Made by a program: the position numbers and the translations under genes
Source: an uncultured Thermoanaerobaculia bacterium
GTDB lineage: Bacteria; Acidobacteriota; Thermoanaerobaculia; Multivoradales; JAGPDF01
DNA length: 64,000 nt
Direction of reading: 5' to 3'
NCBI GenBank assembly: GCA_964591165.1
Contig: CAZPZW010000001.1
Span: forward strand, 46,569-110,568
The notes under the pieces: generated by a model
The model's input: the letters and a program-made list of their open reading frames with translations, nothing else
Told to the model about the DNA's origin: nothing
The model's database searches: none
Shown: positions 10,312 through 19,187 of the stretch, piece by piece
Layout: each line of letters starts with the position of its first letter
Numbering within the stretch: the stretch's first letter is position 1

Positions 10312-11173
10312 GCTGGTTTTCGTCACCGGCCTCTCGGGGTCCGGCCGAAGCACGGTGGCGAAGTGCTTCGAAGACCTCGGGTATTACTGTGTCGACAACC
10401 TCCCCCTGCCGTTGCTGCGCCAGCTCGTCGCGGAACCCGGGGCGTTCATCGCCGACCGGCACCGCATCGCGATCGTGACGGACATCCGTACCCCGGGCTT
10501 CGCCTCCGAGGCGCCTCGGCTCTTCGAGTCGATCGATCGCCAGCGGATCCAAGTGACGATCGTCTTCCTGGAGGCATCCGACGAGTCGCTGCTGCGCCGC
10601 TTCTCCGAGTCCCGGCGGCCGCATCCGTTCTCCGATGCGCTGCCGGTACCGGAATGCGTGCGGCAGGAGCGCGAGATGCTGCGCGAGCTGCGCGGTGCCG
10701 CCGATCTGGTGCTCGACACCAGCGACTGGTCGATCCACGACATTCGCAGTCTGATCTACCGGGAGTTCGGCAAGGAGGCGGGGCATCAGCCGGCGATGAT
10801 GGTCACGCTGGTCAGCTTCGGCTACAAGTTCGGTCTACCCCATGGCGCCGACCTGGTGTTCGACGTGCGGTTCCTCCCCAACCCGCACTTCGTGGCCGAA
10901 TTGCGCCCGCTCAACGGCAAGGACGCGGCGGTGCGCGAGTTCCTCGCCGGACGATCCGAGTTCCAGGACTTCATCGGCCGCTTCGCCGATCTCCTGCGCT
11001 ACCTGCTGCCGCGCTACCAGCAGGAGAACCGCAGTTACCTGACCATCGCGGTCGGATGCACCGGCGGGCAGCACCGCTCCGTCGCCACGGTCGAGGCACT
11101 TAACGCCGAGCTGCGCGCGGCGGGCTGGAACGTCCGCGTCCAGCACCGCGAGCTCGAGAGGGTGCGCTCGTGA
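10280..11173 (+). CDS. rapZ: RNase adapter protein RapZ (YhbJ)
   Basis: P-loop GLSGSGRS and RapZ family conservation throughout. Exact start uncertain because it overlaps the hprK 3' end. Confidence 0.85.
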   Translation: MSEAARESRVRLVFVTGLSGSGRSTVAKCFEDLGYYCVDNLPLPLLRQLVAEPGAFIADRHRIAIVTDIRTPGFASEAPRLFESIDRQRIQVTIVFLEASDESLLRRFSESRRPHPFSDALPVPECVRQEREMLRELRGAADLVLDTSDWSIHDIRSLIYREFGKEAGHQPAMMVTLVSFGYKFGLPHGADLVFDVRFLPNPHFVAELRPLNGKDAAVREFLAGRSEFQDFIGRFADLLRYLLPRYQQENRSYLTIAVGCTGGQHRSVATVEALNAELRAAGWNVRVQHRELERVRS

Positions 11174-11598
11174 TCGGGGTGATGGTCGTCACCCAGGGTC
11201 GGCTGGCCGACGAGCTGCTCGGCGCCGCAGAGACCATCGCGGGCCGACTCGAGAACTTCCGCGCCGTATCGCTCGACTGGAGCGACGGCCTCGAAGTCGC
11301 CCTGCGCCGTATCGAATCCGGGGTTCGCGAGCTCGACGCGGGGGATGGTGTGCTGATCCTCACCGACATGTTCGGCAGCACCCCTTCGAACGCTGCTCTC
11401 GCGGTCGCGAGATCGGGTGCCGTCGAGGTGATCACCGGCGTGAACCTGCCGATGGTGCTCCGGCTCGGCTGCGCAGCGAGCCTGCCGCCTTCCCTCGGGG
11501 AAGCGGCGCGGTGGCTGGAGCAGAAGGGGAAGCGGAGCATCTGCCGCGGCATCGCTCCCCAGGTCGGGGTGGGGGAGCCCCGGTCGCACCATGATTGA
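11170..11598 (+). CDS. PTS EIIA component, mannose/fructose family (regulatory, no cognate permease nearby)
   Basis: EIIA-Man fold signature (MIGVMVVTQGRLADELL...GDGVLILTDMFGSTPSN). ATGA-type overlap with rapZ. Confidence 0.8.
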   Translation: MIGVMVVTQGRLADELLGAAETIAGRLENFRAVSLDWSDGLEVALRRIESGVRELDAGDGVLILTDMFGSTPSNAALAVARSGAVEVITGVNLPMVLRLGCAASLPPSLGEAARWLEQKGKRSICRGIAPQVGVGEPRSHHD

Positions 11599-11856
11599 AC
11601 GGGAGATCGCGATCGTGAACCGGCTGGGACTCCACGCTCGAGCTGCCGCCAAGCTGGTGCACCTCGCCAGCGGTTTTCGCAGCCAGGTGGAAGTCGTCTC
11701 GAACGGCGAGTCGGTCGACGCCAAGAGCATCCTCGGCCTGCTGCTGCTGGCGGCGTCGCAGGGGTCCCAGGTCCGGATCCGCTGCCATGGCGCCGACGAA
11801 GGCGAGGCCCTCGCCGCCATCGAGCGCCTCTTCGCGGAGAGATTCGGGGAGAGCGA

Positions 11857-11860
<4 letters not shown>
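11591..11860 (+). CDS. ptsH: Phosphocarrier protein HPr
   Basis: GLHARAAAKLV active-site His region and the Ser-phosphorylation region (SVDAKSILGL) typical of HPr. 89 aa. Confidence 0.85.
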
Positions 11861-13605
<1,745 letters not shown>

Positions 13606-13626
13606 CGGGAGGGAGGCGCCAAGCCC

Positions 13627-13980
13627 ATGAAGTTCGACGTGCGACGAGTGGAGAAGCCCTGGGGCTACGAGCTGATCTTCGCGCACACCGACCGTTACGT
13701 CGGCAAGGTGCTTCACATCGAGCCAGGCGAGGCGCTCTCGCTGCAGTTTCATCATCGCAAGGACGAGACGTTCTTCGTCGCCCGAGGAGCCATCGAGCTC
13801 GAGGTCCGCATCGGTGAGCAGCGATCCCGTCACCCTCTCGTCCAAGGGGAGTCGTACCACGTCGCGCCCGGGACCATTCACCGCATGATCGCCGGACCAG
13901 CGGGTTGCGACCTCTTCGAGGTGTCGACCCCGGAGCTCGAGGACGTGGTTCGGCTCGAGGACCGATATGGACGGTCTTAG
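13627..13980 (+). CDS. Cupin domain protein
   Basis: Cupin motifs (HIEPGEALSLQFHHRKDETFFV...HVAPGTIHR). 117 aa. Confidence 0.6.
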   Translation: MKFDVRRVEKPWGYELIFAHTDRYVGKVLHIEPGEALSLQFHHRKDETFFVARGAIELEVRIGEQRSRHPLVQGESYHVAPGTIHRMIAGPAGCDLFEVSTPELEDVVRLEDRYGRS

Positions 13981-14773
13981 AGCGGCAGCCTCGGCGTCAC
14001 TCGTGCTGGGCGGCCTCCTGTTGCTACCCGCCGGTTGCGCCGCGCCGGCGAGTCAGCCGGCGCCGCTGCCCCCGGTCTCCGAGCTTCCCGAGAAACTCCC
14101 CGAGGCTCGTCAGACGGGCGAGGATCCGGTGGCCGCCACCCCACGCCCTTCGACCGTCGTGGTGGTCGATCCCGGTGTGCCCGACGACGAGGTGCGCCCG
14201 AAGACTCTGGCGGAGGCGGCGGCAGCGGAGAAGGAGCGCCGGGCCCGCGCCGGTAAACCGGTGGTCGAGCTCGACGACAAGAACATCGCGCAGCACGGCA
14301 AGAACCAGCAGCTCACGGTCGCCAGTCCGGGGAGCGCCGCCGCGATCGCCAACCCAACCGGCGCGGCCGACGACGCTGCCAACGCCGCGCAGACCGAGGC
14401 CTACTGGCGGGAGCGCGGGCTGGAGATCCGCCGCCGTTGGCGAGAGGCCGTGGAGCGAGTCGACGAGCTGCAGGGACGTTCAGAGCAACTTCGGCAGCGC
14501 TTCTACGCCACCGACGATCCCTACGTGCGGGACAATCAGATCAAGCCGGAGTGGGACCGCGTCCTGGACGAGCTCGACGAAGCCCGGCGGACCGCCGAGC
14601 GGGCACCCGACGACCTGGAGCGATTCCTGGACGAGGGCCGTCAGGCCGGTGCCCTCCCGGGCTGGCTGCGCGAGGGAGTCGAGCTCGAGCCGGAGGTCGA
14701 GCCGCGCCAGGAGCCTGGCGCCGAGCCGACCGAGCCGGTGATCGCCCCCGAGCCCTCGTCGAGGAACCCCTGA
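13967..14773 (+). CDS. Hypothetical lipoprotein, Pro-rich linker plus coiled-coil region
   Basis: Lipobox (LLLPAGC) after an N-terminal hydrophobic segment. Low-complexity Pro/Ala region followed by a charged, probably helical, C-terminus. No recognisable family. Confidence 0.45.
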   Translation: MDGLRAAASASLVLGGLLLLPAGCAAPASQPAPLPPVSELPEKLPEARQTGEDPVAATPRPSTVVVVDPGVPDDEVRPKTLAEAAAAEKERRARAGKPVVELDDKNIAQHGKNQQLTVASPGSAAAIANPTGAADDAANAAQTEAYWRERGLEIRRRWREAVERVDELQGRSEQLRQRFYATDDPYVRDNQIKPEWDRVLDELDEARRTAERAPDDLERFLDEGRQAGALPGWLREGVELEPEVEPRQEPGAEPTEPVIAPEPSSRNP

Positions 14774-16110
14774 TGGCGCAGCGCAGGGAGAGCGGGCGGT
14801 ACTTCATCGAAACCTGGGGCTGCCAGATGAACGAGCTCGACAGTCAGCGGATGGCTGGCCAGCTCATGCAGCAGGGGCTCCTTCCCACCCGCGATCCGGG
14901 CCAGGCCGACCTGATCCTGCTGAACTCCTGCAGCGTCCGCGAGAAGGCCGAGAACAAGGTCTATTCCCGGATCGGAGAGTACCGCCTGCTGAAACGGGAG
15001 CGGCCCGACCTGCGCATCGGTCTCTGCGGGTGCGTCGCCCAACAGGAGGGGCAACGCGCGCTCGATCGCGTTGCCGAGCTCGATTTCGTAGTCGGTCCAG
15101 CGCGGGTCGGCGAGCTCCGAGAGGTGCTGGAGCGACGGGACCGGGGCGAGCGTTCGGTGGCGACCGGATTCCCCGCCAACCGGCGGTACGATCTCGACCT
15201 CGTCGCTCGCGAGGGCAGCTTCAAGGGCATGGTGACGATCATCGAGGGCTGCAACAAGAACTGCACCTTCTGCATCGTGCCGACGACGCGCGGACCGGAG
15301 GTCTGTCGTCCCTTGGCCGCGATCCGTCACGAAGTCGAACACCTGCTGGACTACGGCTTCGTCGAGATCGAGCTGCTCGGCCAGACCGTGAACCACTGGC
15401 GAGAGCCCGGTGGCACGGACGATTTTGCTGATCTGATCGACGCCCTCGCCCCGCTTCCGGGCCTGCACCGCCTGCGCTTCGTCACCTCTTATCCGCGCGA
15501 TTTCTCGCCACGCATGGTGGACCTCTACCGCCGCCACCCGAATCTCGCCGACTACCTCCACCTGCCAGTGCAGTCGGGAAGCGACCGGATCCTCCGCCGT
15601 ATGGGGCGAGGCTACAAGATAGGGGAGTACCTCGACCTGATCGCGTCGCTCCGGCTCGCGCGGCCGTCGCTGGCGCTGTCGACCGACCTCATCGTCGGGT
15701 TCCCGGGTGAAACGGACGCCGACTTCGCCGCGACACTCGAGCTCGTCGAGCGCGCCAGGTTCTCGGCGCTCTTCGCGTTCCGTTACTCGCCGCGGCCCGG
15801 AACGGCAGCGCTCCGCCTGCCCGATCCGCCGGTCGAGGCGGAACTCGCCGAGGAGCGTCTGCAACGCCTGCTCGCGTTACAGAACCGCATCCAGAGCGAG
15901 ATCAACGAAGGGCTCGTGCAGCGCCAGGTTGAGATTCTGGTCACCGGGCCGAGCAAGCACCCTGGGATGCTGCAAGGCCGGACGAGCTGTCATCGCATCG
16001 TGCACTTTCCCGCCGGTTCCTCGGCCCCGCGCCCCGGCACACTGCTCGACGTGCGCATCGATCGCGCACTGGGACACAGCCTCCTCGGCACCTCGCTCGC
16101 CGGCGGGTGA
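14773..16110 (+). CDS. miaB: tRNA-2-methylthio-N6-dimethylallyladenosine synthase MiaB
   Basis: UPF0004 N-terminus (YFIETWGCQMNELDS), radical-SAM CxxxCxxC (CNKNCTFC) and a TRAM domain. ATG at 14773 overlaps the upstream stop. Confidence 0.9.
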   Translation: MAQRRESGRYFIETWGCQMNELDSQRMAGQLMQQGLLPTRDPGQADLILLNSCSVREKAENKVYSRIGEYRLLKRERPDLRIGLCGCVAQQEGQRALDRVAELDFVVGPARVGELREVLERRDRGERSVATGFPANRRYDLDLVAREGSFKGMVTIIEGCNKNCTFCIVPTTRGPEVCRPLAAIRHEVEHLLDYGFVEIELLGQTVNHWREPGGTDDFADLIDALAPLPGLHRLRFVTSYPRDFSPRMVDLYRRHPNLADYLHLPVQSGSDRILRRMGRGYKIGEYLDLIASLRLARPSLALSTDLIVGFPGETDADFAATLELVERARFSALFAFRYSPRPGTAALRLPDPPVEAELAEERLQRLLALQNRIQSEINEGLVQRQVEILVTGPSKHPGMLQGRTSCHRIVHFPAGSSAPRPGTLLDVRIDRALGHSLLGTSLAGG

Positions 16111-16213
16111 GCGCGGGCACTGGCCCGTTGAATCGCAACTTGACGAGCGACCCTTGCCGCCGGACAATCGCGGTGTGGAGTCCCCAGGCGTGCTCGACGC
16201 GGAGTGGATCGAG

Positions 16214-16687
16214 ATGCAGGTCAAGGGACTGATCATGGATCCCGGCAACGAGGTCCCGGTGGTGGTTCTGCGCTCGGTCGGTGGACACCTGCTGCTGCCG
16301 ATCTGGATCGGCCCGGTGGAGGCCAACGCAATCGCCATGGCGGTGGAGGGCATCCAGCCACCACGGCCCATGACCCACGATCTTCTGCGCGGCGTCGTGA
16401 AGGCGCTGGACGCGACGCTGGAGCGGGTGGAGATCTGGAACCTCCTCCAAGGGACCTTCCATGCTCGCCTCCGACTTCGGCAGGCTGAGCGTGTCGTCGA
16501 GGTCGACTCCCGTCCGAGCGACGCCATCGCCCTCGCCTTGCGCTTGCAGGCCCCTGTGTGGGTCGCCCGTCCGGTTCTCGAGAGCGCGATCTCCGCCGAG
16601 TCGGAGAGCGACGAGGACGAAGACGAGCGAGTTCGCCAGTGGCTCGAGAACGCGCGCCCCGAGGAGCTCGGCAAGTACAAGATGTAG
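16214..16687 (+). CDS. Bifunctional nuclease domain (DUF151) protein
   Basis: DUF151-like conservation (PVVVLRSVGGHLLLPIWIGPVEANAIA...THDLL) and an acidic C-terminal tail. Start could be 16214 or 16235. Confidence 0.55.
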   Translation: MQVKGLIMDPGNEVPVVVLRSVGGHLLLPIWIGPVEANAIAMAVEGIQPPRPMTHDLLRGVVKALDATLERVEIWNLLQGTFHARLRLRQAERVVEVDSRPSDAIALALRLQAPVWVARPVLESAISAESESDEDEDERVRQWLENARPEELGKYKM

Positions 16688-16757
16688 CCTTGGCTCTGTC
16701 CTACAACATACCTGTTTTCAGTTATTTACAGAAAATGTCGGCGCGCCGACAGCGACC

Positions 16758-16786
16758 TTGACCCGAGTCGCGCGGTTGCGTACACT
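16758..16786 (+). promoter_or_regulatory. Candidate sigma-70 promoter for parAB (TTGACC-17nt-TACACT)
   Basis: -35 TTGACC (16758-16763) and -10 TACACT (16781-16786) with a 17-nt spacer, inside an AT-rich intergenic island. The predicted leader before the parA ATG (16799) is only about 6-12 nt. Confidence 0.35.
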
Positions 16787-16798
16787 GCCGTTTCGAAC

Positions 16799-17557
16799 AT
16801 GATTCTGGCGATCACGAATCAAAAAGGTGGCGTCGGCAAGACGACGACCGCAATCAATCTCTCCGCCGCCCTGGCTGCCAAGGGGTTACGAACGCTCTTG
16901 GTCGACTTGGACCCCCAGGCCAACAGCTCGATGTCCTTTCTCGACGTGCACGGACTCGAGCGCTCGGTCTTCGACGTGCTGGTCGAACCCTCCGTCTCCA
17001 TCGAGCAGATCATCCGGCCGGCCGACAAGGTGCCGCAGCTCGCCGTCGCACCGTCGACGATTGCTCTCGCGAAGATCGATTCGAAGCTCCTCGGCGAGCT
17101 GGACAGCCACTTCCGGTTGAAGGATGCGCTGGCCCCGGTAAGAGAGGCTTACGATTACATCGTCCTGGATACGCCACCGACTCTCGGCCTGATCACCGTC
17201 AACGCGCTGGTGGCGGCGACGCACGTCCTGATCCCGATCCAGTCGAGCTACTTTGCCCTCGAGGGGACCGACGACCTGCTCGAGACGATCGACAAGGTCA
17301 AACAGCGGGCCAATCCGGAACTGCAGATCCTGGGAGCCGTCATCACCCTGCATGACAAGCGGACTCTGTTGTCCCGCGACATCGTCGACCAGATCCACAA
17401 GGTCTTCGGCGACAAACTGTTCGAGACGATGATCACGAAGAGCGTGCGACTCGAAGAGAGCCCCGCTTACAAGGAATCGATCTTCACTTTCGCACCCCGC
17501 TCGAGCGGCGCCTACGAGTACTACAAGCTCTCCGAGGAGGTGCTCAGCCGTGCCTGA
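16799..17557 (+). CDS. parA: Chromosome partitioning ATPase ParA/Soj
   Basis: Deviant Walker A KGGVGKTTT and ParA family throughout. Confidence 0.88.
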   Translation: MILAITNQKGGVGKTTTAINLSAALAAKGLRTLLVDLDPQANSSMSFLDVHGLERSVFDVLVEPSVSIEQIIRPADKVPQLAVAPSTIALAKIDSKLLGELDSHFRLKDALAPVREAYDYIVLDTPPTLGLITVNALVAATHVLIPIQSSYFALEGTDDLLETIDKVKQRANPELQILGAVITLHDKRTLLSRDIVDQIHKVFGDKLFETMITKSVRLEESPAYKESIFTFAPRSSGAYEYYKLSEEVLSRA

Positions 17558-18434
17558 GGCCACTTCAAGCAAGAAGGGGCTCCCGTTGCGCGTGAAGATG
17601 CGGCACAGCGCCCACTTTGTCGACGAGCTCACGTCCCGTCACGAGACCCCGGTCGGTCGTCTGCTGCCGCTCTCGTCGATTCAGCCAAACCCAGGGCAGC
17701 CCCGAAGCGAAGTGGGGGAGTTGACCGACCTGGTCAGTTCGATTCGCGACAAGGGAGTGCTCGAGCCGATTCTGGTTCGCCGTGCCCCCGTTGCCGGGTC
17801 GACCGGATCGGGCTTCGTGATCGTCGCCGGCGAGCGACGCTATCGGGCCGCACTGGAGGCGGGCCTGTTCGAGATTCCGGCGATCGAGCTCGAAGTCACC
17901 GAGCAGGAGGCTCTCGAGATCACCTTGATCGAGAACCTGCAGCGCCGGGACCTGAATCCCTTCGAGGAAGCCGAGGGCTTTCGCGCTTTGGGTGATCTGC
18001 ACGGCTACCGTCAGGACGAAATCGCACGGGCCGTCGGGCGCTCGCGCAGCGCGGTGGCCGAGTCCCTGACCCTGCTGGAGATCGCTCCCGAGCTCCGCGC
18101 CAGGGCGCTGGCCCTCGGCGTCGTGGCGAAGTCGGCCCTGCTCGAGATCGCCAAACTCCGGGATCCCGCGCGGATGGAGGAGGTCCTGGAGCGCGCGGCC
18201 CGGAATCGCCTCAGCCGGGACGACCTGCGAGAACAAGCTCGCCAGGCCGCGGGACGGACTGGCGCCGCGGGCCATGGCCCGTCAGGGCGGCGGAAGCCCT
18301 ACCTGTTCAAATTCCGCGCCCCGGACCGCTCCTTCCAGGTGCAGCTCGCCTTCCGCCAGCCCACCGTGGATCGAAGCGACCTCATTCGGGCGCTCGAGCA
18401 GATTCTGGACGAGATTCGTTCCAGCGAAGACTAA
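17550..18434 (+). CDS. parB: Chromosome partitioning protein ParB/Spo0J
   Basis: ParB box (GVLEPILVRR...VIVAGERRYRAA) and an HTH region. Start overlaps parA. Confidence 0.88.
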   Translation: MPEATSSKKGLPLRVKMRHSAHFVDELTSRHETPVGRLLPLSSIQPNPGQPRSEVGELTDLVSSIRDKGVLEPILVRRAPVAGSTGSGFVIVAGERRYRAALEAGLFEIPAIELEVTEQEALEITLIENLQRRDLNPFEEAEGFRALGDLHGYRQDEIARAVGRSRSAVAESLTLLEIAPELRARALALGVVAKSALLEIAKLRDPARMEEVLERAARNRLSRDDLREQARQAAGRTGAAGHGPSGRRKPYLFKFRAPDRSFQVQLAFRQPTVDRSDLIRALEQILDEIRSSED

Positions 18435-18617
18435 GCGACGGAAGGAATTGGAGTGATGGTTCTGTTGGCGGAGCGTCGCGCGATCGCATTGCTTTGTGGA
18501 GGTAAGTTGACATAATCTATCTTATCGGACATACCGGAAGTCAGCAGAACCGCTCGTGTCCACCCACCTAGCTCCGCCTTTTTCCTCCAAGGTCGACGGC
18601 GACGGCGCCACCCTCGC

Positions 18618-19040
18618 CTAGCTCGGGGTCCTCCAGATTGCGGCGAGCATGTCGTCCTCGGCCACCCGCACCTCGGTCAGGCTCGCCCCGGTCGGGAGAG
18701 CCGGTTGGATCTGCGAGGCGATCCAGGTCGCGAGGTTCTCGCTGGTCGGCACTTTCTTCCCCGGCGTGAACTCCGCGACGGCGTCATTGAGGTGTCGATG
18801 GTCGAGACGGTCCAGGATCCTCACCTTGACCAGCCGGTCGAGCTCGGGCAGGTCGATGCAGAAGCCGGTCTCCGGATCGAGATCCCCGGTGACCGTGACC
18901 GTCACGCGGTAGTTGTGACCATGTCCTGGTCCCTGAGCGCACTTGCCGAACACCCGGCGGTTCTTCTCCTCGGCCCAGTCGGGACGCCAGTAGTGATGGC
19001 TGGCCGCGAACTGGTAAGTCCTCTCGAGATAGACCGGCAT
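18618..19040 (-). CDS. queD: 6-carboxy-5,6,7,8-tetrahydropterin synthase / 6-pyruvoyl-tetrahydropterin synthase family
   Basis: PTPS/QueD motifs (HGHNYRVTVTVTG, CxxxHGH zinc site). Start taken at the internal Met (MPVYLERTY). The upstream 31 codons overlap nothing conserved. Confidence 0.8.
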   Translation of the reverse strand: MPVYLERTYQFAASHHYWRPDWAEEKNRRVFGKCAQGPGHGHNYRVTVTVTGDLDPETGFCIDLPELDRLVKVRILDRLDHRHLNDAVAEFTPGKKVPTSENLATWIASQIQPALPTGASLTEVRVAEDDMLAAIWRTPS

Positions 19041-19187
19041 GGCGCGACTCCTCCTGTGGACGTCATCTAACGTAGACGCTCCGACGGGGAAACGCAACTC
19101 GTCTCGCCCGGACGAGGCCGACTTCCCCACCATTTCGCCGGCGGTGCCGGGGCGGTTCCGCCCGGGCCCGTATAATCGTCGCCCTCC

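Noticed and set aside
14437-14772. N-terminal extension of the miaB ORF back to 14437
   Set aside because: The MiaB family begins at the ATG at 14773 (YFIETWGCQMN). The extension overlaps the lipoprotein gene and is Arg/Ala-rich.
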